Shown here in pieces: positions 13,719-32,001 of a stretch of DNA of 64,000 nucleotides; the first letter of the stretch is position 1, and every line of letters begins with the position of its first letter. The notes under the pieces were generated by a model, which was not told the origin of the DNA, did no database searches, and saw only the letters and a program-made list of their open reading frames with translations. Source of the stretch: the human T2T-CHM13v2.0 reference genome, Homo sapiens; NCBI RefSeq assembly GCF_009914755.1, contig NC_060939.1; one strand, written 5' to 3'. Position numbers and translations under genes: made by a program.

Positions 13719-14847
13719 CAGAGGCTCTTGGCCTGAGGTCCTCTGACCCAAAGGTCCTGTGGATAGACTTCAAGATATAAAAGATACTTTTGACACATCA
13801 TTTGTATCCCATCATGCCTTAGCATTTTGGTGTGCCAGTTTCAACTGCAAGCATCTACATCTTTTTGTCTGAGGTTTTCTAGGAGCTGGTTATGAGTGCT
13901 GAGAACTGATGCCTGGCCCTCACCTGCCTTCAAATGATGTGTGTAAAGAACATGTGTAAGGAACACGATGCAAGTGAGGAACACGGGTTCCCAGAGGACC
14001 CAGAGATTCAAGCTTCTTAATACACTTAATAAAGGTTATTAAGTGCCTTCACTTCCCTCCTTCCAATCCAGTATATTTCGTGTGATCATTCCCCATATTA
14101 ATTACTTACACTTGAATCCTTATCTCAGGGTCTGCTTCTGAAGAAACCAAGAAAACTAAGACCCAAAGGCATCATGAACCTTAATGGGGAAAAACAATTA
14201 CTTCTCTATTTTCATAAATGCTAATTGAAAAAAACAAAGTAGTACTGGCAGTACATATGATTTTGTCTCTAACAGAATCAAAGATGTTTTCATATCACAT
14301 GACAGTTACTGCATATTTCAAAGTATTTTTTACACTCATTTCTACTTTGAAATTGTTAGTTATTGGAACTACTACTAAACCGCACATGATTGCAGTCTTC
14401 CTGTCTATATTGTTCATGCAACCGTTAAGCAACTACCTCTGTGCCAACTAACTGCTGAGCAATAAAACAGTAAAATTTAACGTTTCTACAACTAGAGATC
14501 AACCCAAAAAGCCTTCAGTGAATTTTGTTGTTCTTGGAAAGCCTACCCTCACCTTAGAAAGTGAGATACTGAAATTTTAATTCCACATACAATAGCTAAA
14601 CACAATTAAAACTGCCCATATTTTAAGTGCAATTTTTGTTACCGAATGCATTAATTTAAAAGTACATAATGTCTCTATCACAAACGTATTTTTTAATATC
14701 TTGAAGCTGTATTTCAATAATTTCTTTTGTAATGCTACGTATTTTATTTTATGCATTTAAAAACATCATACTACGAGGAAAGTTATTATAGGCTTCACTA
14801 GATTTGCAAAGGAATACACAGCACAAAAAAACTTAAAGCAACTCTGG
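13719..14847. mobile_element. Old hAT-Charlie-type DNA transposon remnant, probably with nested LTR sequence
   Basis: Right end AGGCTTCACTAGA...GCACAAAAAAACTTAAAGCAACTCTG resembles Charlie termini. Family not resolved. Confidence 0.45.
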
Positions 14848-15222
14848 CCTAGAAGATTATGTAACATAGGAAAACCCTCAGAATCTCACAGTATGAAAAA
14901 CTTATTAAATAGGACTCAGAAAAACACTGATATATTTGACATTAAAATCAAATATCTCTCATCAAAAGATACCATTAAGAGAATGAATGAGCAACTAATG
15001 GAGTGGGAGAAGATCTTTGCAAAACATGTAACTGACAAAAAGCTCATACCCATAATAAAGAACTCCTACAAATCAACAAAAGACCAAAAACTATTTTAAA
15101 AACAGGCAAGGAACTTGCCCAGTTACTTTCTTTTAAATCAGTCATCCAAATACCCAATAAATAAATGAAAAGGTATTTAGCCTCATTAATAATCAGGGAA
15201 ATGCACTTTAAAACTACAAGGA

Positions 15223-15530
15223 GGCCAGGCACAGTGGCTCACGCCTGTAATCTCAACACTTAGGGAGTCCAAAACAGGAGGATCACTTGAGGTCAGGAGT
15301 TCAAAACCAGCTTGGGCAACATAAGGAGATAACAACTCTACCAAAAAAAAATAGATAAAACTTAGCCAGCCATGGTGGTGCATGCCTGTAGTCCCAGCTA
15401 CTTAGGAGGCTGAGGCAGGAGGATCGCTTGAGCCCAGGAGTTCAAGGTTACAGTGAGCTATGATCGGCCGATGTACTCCAGCCTGGGTGACAGAGTAAGA
15501 CTCTGTCTCTAAAAAAACAAAAAGCAAAAA
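15223..15530 (+). mobile_element. AluJ within an old L1M
   Basis: GGATCGCTTGAGCCCAGGAGTTCAAGG right arm; TSD AAAACTACA(A/C)GGA. Confidence 0.88.
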
Positions 15531-16254
15531 AAACTACACGGAGGTGGTACTTGACATCTACCAAATTTACAAAAGTTTAAAAGTCAGACCATATCAGCAC
15601 TGGCTAGGAGCAACAGGAACTATTGTATACTATGAGAGTGTAAATTAGTATATCAACTTTGGAAAACAGATTGGTATTATCTACTGAAATTAAAGATACA
15701 TATAACATATAACCCAGCAATTCTATTCCTATGTATATACCCAAGAGAAATCCACACAAGAGCCTAACAGACATGTACAAGACATCTGCTGCAGCATTAT
15801 TTAATACATGTCAGAAATGGTATGGCAGATCAATGGAAAAAGAATGAACTATTCAGTAAATGTTATTGAGACAACTTTCATTTGGATTAGGGACTTAATT
15901 ATAAGAGATTAAAATTTTAAGATTTTAGGAGAAAATAAAAAAGAATACTTTTATAGCATCACAGTAAGAAATTTTCCTAAACAAGATTCAAACTACAATT
16001 AACTCACTATATATTGTGGATATTTTTGTAAAATCTTTATACTTCAAAAGTAGATACTGAAATATTTACAGACGAATGACATCAGTGACACAAGCCTAAA
16101 TAATCCAACTGGGGGAGGAGTAGTACAGATGAAACAAGATTGGCTGAGTGATAACTGCTGAAACTAAGTGATGGGTACATAGGAGTTCAGTACCTTTCTG
16201 TTCATGTTTGAAGAAAAATTTTTTTAATTTAGGGCATCATAAATAAAGGGAAAA

Positions 16255-16490
16255 GAGACCAGCCTGGGCAACATAATGAAACCTTATTTCTACCAAAAAA
16301 AAAAAAAAAAAAAAAAAAAACTAGCCAGATGTGATGGTACACACCTGTATTCCCAGCTGAGGCAGGAGGACTGCCTAAGCCCAGGAGGTCAACGCTGCAA
16401 TGAGCCGTGACTGTGCCATTGCACGCTAGCCCGGGTGACGGATTGAGACTCAGTCTCAAAAAAAAAAAAAAGAAAAGAAAAAAAAGAAAA
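16255..16490 (+). mobile_element. 5'-truncated AluJ with an expanded middle A-tract
   Basis: GAGACCAGCCTGGGCAACA, then an A-rich linker, right arm and A tail. Confidence 0.8.
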
Positions 16491-17069
16491 ACACAAACTC
16501 TGTTAAGTTCAGAACTGTGGAAAACTAAATATTACCTTATTTGGGAATTTAGATGAGTGAAACTTTTTTAAATAAAATAATAAACATGAAAATCAGGATT
16601 CTGGTTGCCTGGGGTGGGAGGGGAGGAAGGAGATGCATGGAGAAAGATAAAGGACCCATTTGTTTTATGTTCTTTGTCTCAAGTTGAGGAGTAGGGTACA
16701 TGTGTATTTGTTTATTCTTTATTATATCTTATATAACATGTTTTATATATACTTTTTTAATTTATGAAATATTTTGTAATTTAAAAAAATCAGAGAATTT
16801 TAAAACCTCTTAAAAATTAAAAATTTAATAGCAGAAAAAAATTACTTTGAAGTTACATCTGAAAAGTCCCCCAGAAATTAAAAGAAAAAGATGAATAAGT
16901 GGACAACAGTAAAGGGGGAAGATAGTAAAATAGAGAATTAGTGTAAAAGTATCCATATCTGAATAAGAAAAGATTCAGAGAGAGAAAGAAATAACACGAA
17001 AGAAATAATATAATCTCTCAGAATTGAAAGACATGAGTTTCAGATTTAACAGGTCCCCCAAATGTCGTA

Positions 17070-18040
17070 GCGTTAGTTGGATAGTGTGCTTTGGCTTTGA
17101 TTCTGGGTGAGTGCAGGAGAGTAGTCTTCATACAATTTCTTCAGGTGTAGTCAGTGTCAGTGGTGGCTGTGAGTTACTCATTGGCTTAGGCTGTGGTTGG
17201 TAGCAGAGGCTGTAGTGAGGCTTTGCTGCAGACAGGGACACCAGACAGGCCAGTTCTGAGGCACCCGTGGTGGCAGAGGCAGGCCAGGCATGCAGGCCCT
17301 TGGGCTCCCAGGCAGCATACAAGGACGCCAGTAGTCACAGGTCCAGGAGGACCAGTCCTTGGGCCTACAGGCAGCTTGCTCAGGTGCCAGTGGTTATGGA
17401 AAACAGTATGGAGTTTTCTCAAAAAAACAAAACTAGAACTACCATACAGTTCATCAATCCCACTAATGGGTATTTATCCAAAAAAAAGGAAATCAGTGTA
17501 TCAAAGGGATAGCTACACTCCCATGTTTACTGCAACACTATTCACAATAGCCTAGATATAGAATCAACCTACATGCCCATCAGTAAATGAAGGGATAAAT
17601 GAAATGTGGTAAATATACACAGTGGAATACTATTTGGCTGTACAAAGGACAAAATCCTATAACTTGTAGTAACATAAATGGAACTAGAAGTCATTATGTT
17701 ACATGAAATAAGACAAGCACAGAAAGAAAAAGTACCGTTATTTTCTCAATCTTACGTGGGAGCTAAAAAAGGAGATGAAGAGAAATTGGTTAATTGGTAC
17801 AAATACACAGTTAGATAGATGGAATAAGTTCTAGTGTTCAATAGTACAGTAGGGTGGCAATGGTTAACAATAATATATTGTACATTTCAATTAACTAGAA
17901 GATTTGAAATGTTACCAACACAAAAAGAGATAAACATTTGAGGTGATGGATATCCTAAATACTCTAATTTGACCATCATTACACATTACGCATGTATCAA
18001 AATATCACATGTATCCCATATATATATCAATTAAAAAGTT
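17070..18040 (+). mobile_element. L1MA-type element: 3' end on + (17390-18040) joined to an oppositely oriented 5'-region fragment
   Basis: ORF2 C-terminal peptide LWKTVWSFLKKTKLELPY...LFTIA and an L1MA 3'UTR. The upstream GC-richer part resembles an L1M 5' region on minus. Confidence 0.65.
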
Positions 18041-19169
18041 TATTGAGATATAATATCGAAGGTCAGTGATTTTTCAACCCAATTCTATGCCCGAGAAAAT
18101 CAAGCATAAGAAAAAAATCTTTCAGACACGTAAGGCCTGAAAAAATGTTTTTTCCCATTCACCTTTCTTCAGGAACCTATTGGGGGATATCTCCATCAAA
18201 ACAAGAAAAAAGGAAGATAAATGATGCTAAGAAACAGAAAATTTAACAAAGGAGAGAGGCAAAGAGAATTTCCCAAAGTTGGTAAAAGAAAATCCGAAAA
18301 TGGTAGCTCTGCTATTTTAGACTGGTAGAGCAATTAAGCTGAATGAGAGCAAAGAGAACTCATGTTCCCAGAATACCTCCTATGTGGGATTATACTGAGA
18401 AAAGAGTCAAAGCAGTTCTAAGGATGAATTAGGTATATAGAAAAAAAAGCAAACCATAAAACAAAGCAATTACTATCTCCAAAGTAATTACTATTAAGAA
18501 TAATCTGTACAATCTTAATAACATAAACAATAACTTCTGATTTACCCAAAATCATGAGATACCTACATCAGGAAGATAGGAGCAAGTGAAATGAATATGT
18601 GTATATATTAGATGTGAAGATGATGTTGGGGATATCAACCCCTCACCTTTATCAAGCTAAAGCCTCAGCTTCTACAGTGGGAAGGCAAAAAATAATATAT
18701 ATAACTCAGGGGGCTGGGCAGAATCAAGAAATGGGAGCACCTGCAAGTTATTGAAGGACATGGAAGGAAATAGCAAAATATTCAACTTGACAAATAATTG
18801 CCTCCTGGCCACAGGAATTAGCGTTGGAATAATGAGGCAAGCAGTACATCTTTTCATTGTGAATCCAGTATTATTTTACTTTTTAAGTTATGTACATATG
18901 CTATTTTTAAACACAAAACTTAGTTTTTAAAAACGCAAATAAGCCAAGGTCAAATAAGAGTAATAAGAATAGCCATTATTTCCCAAGCGCCTACAACCTG
19001 TGAGCAAAATACCAGGTCTTTTACAAACACCACTTTTATTCTTCAGGCCAGCTTTGCCAAGGAGGATTATCCCAGTTTTACAGATGAGAAAACTGAAAAT
19101 AAAAATAAATAAGGAACATTTTAAATTCTTTTATTTGTTTATTTCGTATGTTTTTGTTTGATCCTTTAC

Positions 19170-19236
19170 CTTTCCAGCAGTAGCAAAATATTCACCATCA
19201 GGAGACCATTCCATCAAATGTACAGATACTGAGGTT
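19170..19236 (-). CDS. DMXL2: DMXL2 coding exon (inferred exon 6), 67 nt, phase 2-0
   Basis: CTCTCTCTTTTTTAG acceptor; AG|GTAAAG donor. (K)TSVSVHLMEWSPDGEYFATAGK, a WD40 blade motif. Confidence 0.96.
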
Positions 19237-19912
19237 CTAAAAAAGAGAGAGTTAGGCAATTAGCCCTTTTAAAATCTGGTGTACTGTATATAAAAATGGT
19301 CAAGATGAGATTTTTGTAACATCAAAGTCAGAATCCTCAGAATAAGACTGTTTTTGCTTCCCTAAAAATATAAATAAAATATTTCACCTCCATAAAAATG
19401 TAAATTTATTAAAACTAATCCAACATTCACTTTGGGAAAAGAAGAATGTAAGTAACATGAATACAGTATATCTCCACCTACATGTCCCACCAACATCCTA
19501 AATATAACATGTTAAAAGCTGAGCCTATCATCATCCCTGACTAGTCTTCGTCACATAATCTATATGACTGTTAATAGTACATCTTCCACTTGAAAGAGTG
19601 GCTGGCAACTTTCACATCTTCCCCCTCTCCATCCTTACCTCAATCTATTAATGAGTAATTCCTATGTATCAACCCTGTCAACTCCTGTCCTGGGGCTATA
19701 ACTATGAAAATACTTTCATCCTTTTTTTAAATGATTAACTATAGCACAAATTAAAGAATGCTATTATATGGGTTTTGGTTAGAAAAAATCTACTTTCTAG
19801 GCATCTAAATGCAATGGTACCATCAAAAAATAAAGATCTTTGTGAAAGGAAACATATTTTAGGAAGCACTTGCTTTTAATTAATGAATATAACAATAGAA
19901 ATAGACACTAAC

Positions 19913-20048
19913 TTGCACTGCCAGACACACTTCCAATCATTTAAAACAGGAGGAACTGTATTATCAATTTCTTCCTCCTCTTCCAGAATATCATCTCCTG
20001 GAGGAGCCCACAACTGAATAGAATCAGTTGCTGTCAACAATCTATTAT
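19913..20048 (-). CDS. DMXL2: DMXL2 coding exon (inferred exon 5), 136 nt, phase 1-2
   Basis: TTTTCAG acceptor; AA|GTTAGT donor. (D)NRLLTATDSIQLWAPPGDDILEEEEEIDNTVPPVLNDWKCVWQC(K). Confidence 0.95.
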
Positions 20049-20875
20049 CTGAAAATTAAAGAATGTTATGATGAATATGCAAATATTATATAGGGAAATA
20101 AATGCACATGGGCTTCTGTTTAGATCTGTAAACTATTAATATTATGTGAAAAGTAAGCAATATCGCCAACGAAAAACACTTGGTATATATTTTTTTAAAG
20201 TCCCTTATAAGAAAAAAGAATCTTCTGGACAACAAAGATTCTTAAGGAAGATTTGAGAACAACAAAGTAAAGCTTACTGGCAAAGAGCTATTATTATCAA
20301 GCAAGTCAAAAAAACTAACAACAAATGTATTAATAGAATAACAAAGTCCCCAAAACTCTGATATATACCACATAAAATGTCCTCGAGATATAAGGCATAA
20401 CTACAAATTAATAAAATGTGGTTTTACACATGAAATATAAAAAGAATCCTTATTAATTGTGAATATAAAAAGGGACAACAGCTATTATCATTAGAAATTC
20501 CTAATTTTTCAAAATTAAAGATAGTAATTTCCTGATACAAATGATAAAATGAGGTGAAGTTTTTTTGGTCTCTGTTTTATTTCCAATGGTGTTTCTTAGC
20601 AAATACAACAAGAGTAAAGGGCAGTACACATTAACTAGGAAACAAATCATAACTGCTTCTTGAAATAAAACACACAAAGGCAGGGGAAAAAACAGAATAG
20701 TAAATTAAGCATTGCACAAAGCACTGTATACCAAGAAGGAAAAATTATATTCATCAACAAAAAGAAAATATAATACATTGATCATTTTCTTATTATGGGA
20801 GACTATATCATATTATTATCATACATTTAAAACAAATATTTAATTTAAATAATTTTAAATACAATTGCTAAATAC

Positions 20876-20954
20876 CTTGAGGATCCCATGCTAAGTTGTA
20901 TGTCACAGAACTCAAAAAAAACTGCCCAGTTTTAAGCCACTGGCACTTGAGTTG
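20876..20954 (-). CDS. DMXL2: DMXL2 coding exon (inferred exon 4), 79 nt, phase 0-1
   Basis: ATTTCAG acceptor after a long pyrimidine tract; AG|GTATTT donor. QLKCQWLKTGQFFLSSVTYNLAWDPQ. Confidence 0.96.
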
Positions 20955-21739
20955 CTGAAATACGTAGACAAAAAGAAATAAGAAAAAAGAAAAAGATGTT
21001 TTTCAAATAATATCCCAAAACACTACCATTTTATCATTTTCTTCAACTTAAGACTTTAAGATCTGGAACAAAGATGAAAATATTTCACTATTATTTTCAT
21101 ATACTGTTTTTAACGTAACTTTCATTGGTTCCACTACTATTTATTATACCATATTGAGCTCCTTGCCATGCCCAAACAAAGCAGGTTCTCTCACGCTTTT
21201 TCTCATGCCTATAAATACCTTCTTATATTTAGGATATCCTATTCCTCACGTCTCCATCTGCAAACCCCTATCCTTCCACTAAGATTAGCTAACTCATCAT
21301 CTCTGCTATGAAGCCTTCTCTGACATCCTGGCAGCACCAATACCACTTTTACATTCTGCCATTATAACACTGATCACATGGAATTAGTATTGGTCTATAC
21401 ATCTGACTCTCCTCCCACTAAATTGCAACTCTTCAAGGGCAGAAACTGTGTCATAATTTTGTTATCTTCAGCGTTTGTAATGGCTGGCATAAAGATGTTA
21501 AATGTTTACATATTTCTTTGTAGTACATAAATATAAAATGTCCTTTTGTGAGAGGACATTTGTGAAAAGCTTTGCAAAGCTATGTTACCTTAGGCAAGCT
21601 ATATGTTAACGGCTTGGCAAATAATACTTTTTAAACGGTAATGCCATTTTGTGTTATAATATTTTAAGAATATTTAACAATTTTAAAATGTATACAAGGT
21701 TTCCTGACTACCTCAAGGCAGAATTTTAAAACATAGCTG

Positions 21740-22008
21740 CATCCCAACAGTTTGGGAGGCCATGACAGGAGGATTGCTTAAGGCCAGGAATTTGAAACCA
21801 GCCTGGGCAACATTGCAAGACCCCCATCTCTATAAAAACTTTAAAAATTAGCTGGGCATGGGAGCTCACACCTGTAGACCCAGCTACTTTGGAGGCTGAG
21901 GCAGAAGGATCACTTTAGCCCATGAGTTTGAGGTTATAGTGAGCTATGATGATCACACCACTGTATTCCAGCCTGGGTCACAGAGCAAGACTCTATATCT
22001 AAAAAAAA
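21740..22008 (+). mobile_element. AluJ, slightly 5'-truncated
   Basis: Alu dimer with J-type right arm; tail runs into a TG repeat. Confidence 0.85.
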
Positions 22009-22018
22009 TGTGTGTGTG

Positions 22019-22053
<35 letters not shown>
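22009..22053 (+). repeat. (TG)n microsatellite, interrupted once
   Basis: Read directly from the sequence. Confidence 0.95.
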
Positions 22054-22054
<1 letters not shown>

Positions 22055-22817
22055 ATCTGCAAACCCTGCACTTCATTATCCAAAAATTATTTGATATTTT
22101 ATAATCAGAGAAAATGCTATTTTTAAACCCTACCACTGCTGACCAAACAACAATCACAACAGCATAACACTAAATACTGTTCAACAAATCTATTTTAGTG
22201 TAGTAATTAAATAATTCCTAAAATTATAGACATCCCTAATATTCTTTCCTTTAGTGTTCCTCAGAGTGCAATCTGTGGAGCAACTACCTTGAAGAAATTT
22301 GGGGAATGAGACCTGGAAACCTAAATGTTTAGTATGTGCTCTAGGTGACTCTTAAGTAGTCCAAAATTTGATATCCATTTCACAATACTATTATAGGGAA
22401 AGATTAATATTTTAATTTATACTGTTTTGGGGGAATGTAAAAAGATATATTCAAATACATATATTTAATGAAAAAATACCAAAACCATTTGTTTTAAGGC
22501 ATTTCACTTAAAAATATACTTTAAAAATTATTTGTAAATATATACTCAGCATTCAGATTTAGCATTTGCAATTTTGATTATTTCTGAGTGATGGTAAAAA
22601 TGTAATGCATGCAGGATGTTTTAAAGGGCTTAATTCTAACCACATTAGATGTTTTGAACATTAAGTAAGACAAATATAATATAGCACCCAGTATGAATCT
22701 GAATGGTTCACAATGTGGTATGCTTAACCACTTAGCTGAGCTGGTAAGTGAGCTTTTTAAACTCCTAACTTCTTCATTCAACCAACATTTAGGAATACCT
22801 ACTATGTTCCAGATACT

Positions 22818-23119
22818 TTTTTTTTTTTTTTTTTTTTTTTGAGATGGAGTCTTGCTCTGACTCCCAAGCTGGAGTGCAATGGTGCAGTCCAGGATTACTG
22901 CAACCTCCACCTCCTGGGTTCAAGCGATTCTCCTGCCTCAGCCTTCCTAGCAGCAGGGACTATAGGCACGTGCCACCACACCTGGATAATTTTTTTATTT
23001 TTAGTAGACACGGGGTTTCACCATGTTGGCCAGGCTGATCTCAAACCCCTGACCTCGTGTTCCACCCGCCTCAGCCTCCCAAAGTGTTGGGATTACAGGT
23101 GTGAGCCACCACACCTGGC
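22818..23119 (-). mobile_element. Alu (AluS-like) in an L2
   Basis: Poly(T) followed by reverse Alu; TSD TGTTCCAGATACT (22805-22817 / 23120-23132). Confidence 0.92.
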
Positions 23120-23581
23120 TGTTCCAGATACTGTTCTAAGTACTGGGGACTCATCAGTGAAAAAAGCTTCCTACCCTTATGTACCTTTAGATAACATTTT
23201 ACATAGTAAACAATAAATAAATAAATGCTGTAAAAAAATTTTTAAATAGCAAGATAAGTGGGGGTACAATTTTTTAAAGGGTGGTCAAGGTAAACCTCAT
23301 TGACAAGGTATTAGTGAGCAAAGACCTAAAGGATCTATGGGAGCTATCCTTGGAGATAGCTGGAGGAATAACATTCCTGACAAAGAAAACAAACAACACA
23401 AAGGCTCAAAGAGGGAAGGTTAACTGAGAAACAGTAAAAATGCCAATGTGGCCAGAGTAGAACCAGAGAGGACAAGAACTTACGAGGTGAGCTCTGAGAC
23501 ATAGTAACTGTGCTACTGAGTAGAAGGGAAGTTGTAGTCTACAAAAGGCTTTTGGCTTTTTATCTGAAAGAAATATGGAGC

Positions 23582-23892
<311 letters not shown>

Positions 23893-24266
23893 TTACAAAG
23901 TTTTAAGCAGAGAAATGTCATGATCTCCTCTGTTGAGAACAGACACTGGGGCTGAAGGCAGCAGGAAACCAGATATCAGATAGATATTAGTAATCCAGAC
24001 AAGAAATAACAGTAGTTCAAACTAGGGTAGATCTCAGTTAACACAGTAAATGTCAATTTGCAATATTCTAGAGACTTGGGTTTCTAAAAGCACTAGGGAT
24101 GTATCCGTAGTGAATGTAAGGATCCTAACATAAAGCACTAGACCAATTTTTCACTGATACTCTAGTCTATTTTCAGCACTAGCTCCTAAGGAGCTTTTTA
24201 TTAACATCAATTGGATTCTAAAGTTAACTAGATTCTAAAAGTATTCTATTATTGGTTAATACTTAC

Positions 24267-24338
24267 ACAATTTCTTTTATGAGAATTTATGCCCAAGGGC
24301 TCAAATATACAAACAGCATTACCATATGAAGCTGCAAT
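24267..24338 (-). CDS. DMXL2: DMXL2 coding exon (inferred exon 3), 72 nt, phase 0-0
   Basis: CTTTTTTAG acceptor and GT|GTAAGT donor. IAASYGNAVCIFEPLGINSHKRNC continues the frame. Confidence 0.96.
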
Positions 24339-24581
24339 CTAAAAAAGAATAAATACAGCATTAATATCTAGAAAAGGGTAAAATAAAGATATCTTCCTTT
24401 TCATAATAATGTATAAACTAATTACATATAATCTCAATACAGTATTCATGGTTTATTTCCTTCCATAAATATACCTGGAAGTGTACTGGAGTTAAGAGTC
24501 TCTCCCCTGTTATCAAAAAATTCAGCAGGCTTTATTTTACATATCATATACAAGGTTGACCTATTCAAAGAAATCATATTT

Positions 24582-29650
<5,069 letters not shown>

Positions 29651-31835
29651 AAATCATATTTTTCATAAGAATTTTATTTTTAATATAAAATAACTATTAA
29701 AAAATACATTTCAAAAGCATGCATCTTTGTCAGAAACTTTATAATCCAGTGAAAATAATATAAAATCTATGAGAAAAGCATCAACTAATAACAGGTCTTA
29801 AAAATATTTCAAATAAAATGGCCTAATTATACCATCAAACAGAAAATACCAATTGGGACACCATCTAGAGGAAGGAATACAAAAAACAGGCTAAGGAGAA
29901 GTCAGGGAGCCATAAACTGCACCTGGGGGAAAGAGCTGATGAAGACATCTCCAGAGGACTGAAGCAAGAAATTTAGGGACCAGGAGGATTTTGTTCCAGG
30001 TCACATACCTGGTAAGAAAAGACATAAATCCCTCTGTTCCCAGAAACTACCACAGCCTGTTTTCCAATAATTTCTTGAAGGCTATTTCTAAGTTCACTCT
30101 CCTCTTGGTAAGATGGAATTAACTACAGGGAATAGACCAAAAACCGTCCTTTCTGACACCTCTGCACCCTGGTTAACCTTTAAAACTCAATTAGGTATAT
30201 ATTCTTTTAAGGCCTGCCAAAATATCCCCTGTGATTTTAAGGCACTGTTATACCAAAAAGTGATTTTAACTCTTATCCAACATCTAACATTCTTTCCAAG
30301 AAAAATCATAATCCACAACAGAAAGCTACTTCAAATGACACTTACGCAAAAAGTGTTGTGAATGATTCCATTCAACATGTCAATCAATGAATGAATGATT
30401 ATAACAGACTAATACAAGGTCACCAATGTGAAAGTTATCACCACAAGGACTGGGGGATAAAAGGACTAAACGAAGATGTCAATAAAGACAATAAAGATAT
30501 TATAATTTTGCCTTATTTACATTAAACCATCTCAAGAAAAGTAGAAACACAAGTTGCTCTGTTTCCCATGGTATGAATACCAATGTCTTATATACTTTTT
30601 TAAAAAGTTTTACTTCCAGAGAATGTGTGTTCATTGCGATTATCACCAGCACTTGAGTTATTTACTAAAATTCACCTCTGACAACTATCATACAACTTTA
30701 GGCAGGCTTAAGCTACCTTGCTTGGCCTAGAGAGAAGAGCAACAAAAAATTAAAGAGAGAAATCTGACACTCCGCATGTTTTCTAAACTAAGTGTAAGCA
30801 ATGCTTGAGGGTGGGGAGTACCTGGGGGGAAAAATTAGAAAAGCAAGAAACAAGTACCAGGAAACACCAGGAAATCGTGTTTCAATACTAGGTCAAATGT
30901 ATCACTGAACTGTCAAGTACTGGTACATTTACACAAATATTAAGGCTTGATATGGGCAGTAGGATAGGGCAGGATAAATGGTATGATAAAGTAACCATAA
31001 TTTATCATTCAGTATAAATTTGTATGATTACTATTTATCACCATGAATATTCTGATTTAACATACTCTTGATCAAATTTGTTACCCAATAAATAACAATT
31101 TCTAGAACACTAAGATTGTTTAAACTGTTACAATGATTACAGGTAAAAACCTTATTTCTCTATTCTCGTAGAGACATTCAACTCGGCAACATAATACTGG
31201 CCTTACTGAATTGCTGGAGTATACAGCAAACATCCTATATTTACTTGACATGCCACCAAAATTTGATGTACATTATGTTTGAAAATTGGGGGAGAGGTAC
31301 ATATGATGAAATTTTAACTATTTCAAAATAAAACCTCTGTTTTAAAGCCTGAATGAACCATAAGACTCTTCACTCAACAAAAAATCTTTCATTATGTTAA
31401 CAGACTTTACAAAGCACTTCCTATATGACAAGCATGATATTAGATATTAACAACTTGCAGAGTTTCTTAATAAAACTTTGATGTTATAGTATGAGTGATA
31501 TAAGGGGTGCTAGGTAGAGAAGAAAAAAGTTTACTTCCCCTTACTGGCTTAATGGCTGCTAGAAGTATTAACTGGCAGAATAACAGTATGCACAGGATTG
31601 TAAGGCCTACAGATCTTTGAAGACAGTATACATACAGCTGTAGAACAATTATCAAATTATCAGTTTAATGGCACTTTACAATTTGTATAAACCTATCACT
31701 TTGCAACTTCTGCTAATAATCACCCAAGCAATACATAAGAAATTATACGCAAGCTTTGCATAAAAGGATAAGAAGATTCTGAGATTATTAAACACATTTT
31801 TAAATGACATTCAGTAAAGAAATTAAATCCCTTAC

Positions 31836-31961
31836 TCTTCCTTGTTGGTTAGAACACTCCACACAGCTGACTTGGATGTTTCCATGCTTAGCACCAGGAA
31901 TGATCTGTACACATTCAAAGTCATTTGCCAAAATAACAATATCACAGCCTGATCCGTATGC
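31836..31961 (-). CDS. DMXL2: DMXL2 coding exon (inferred exon 2), 126 nt, phase 0-0
   Basis: T34-AG acceptor and GA|GTAAGG donor. Translates AYGSGCDIVILANDFECVQIIPGAKHGNIQVSCVECSNQQGR, recognised as the DMXL2 N-terminus (DMXL1 differs here). Confidence 0.96.

Positions 31962-31963
<2 letters not shown>

Positions 31964-31997
<34 letters not shown>
31964..31997 (-). repeat. T34 homopolymer forming the exon-2 polypyrimidine tract
   Basis: 34 consecutive A on +, directly next to the acceptor AG. Confidence 0.95.
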
Positions 31998-32001
<4 letters not shown>

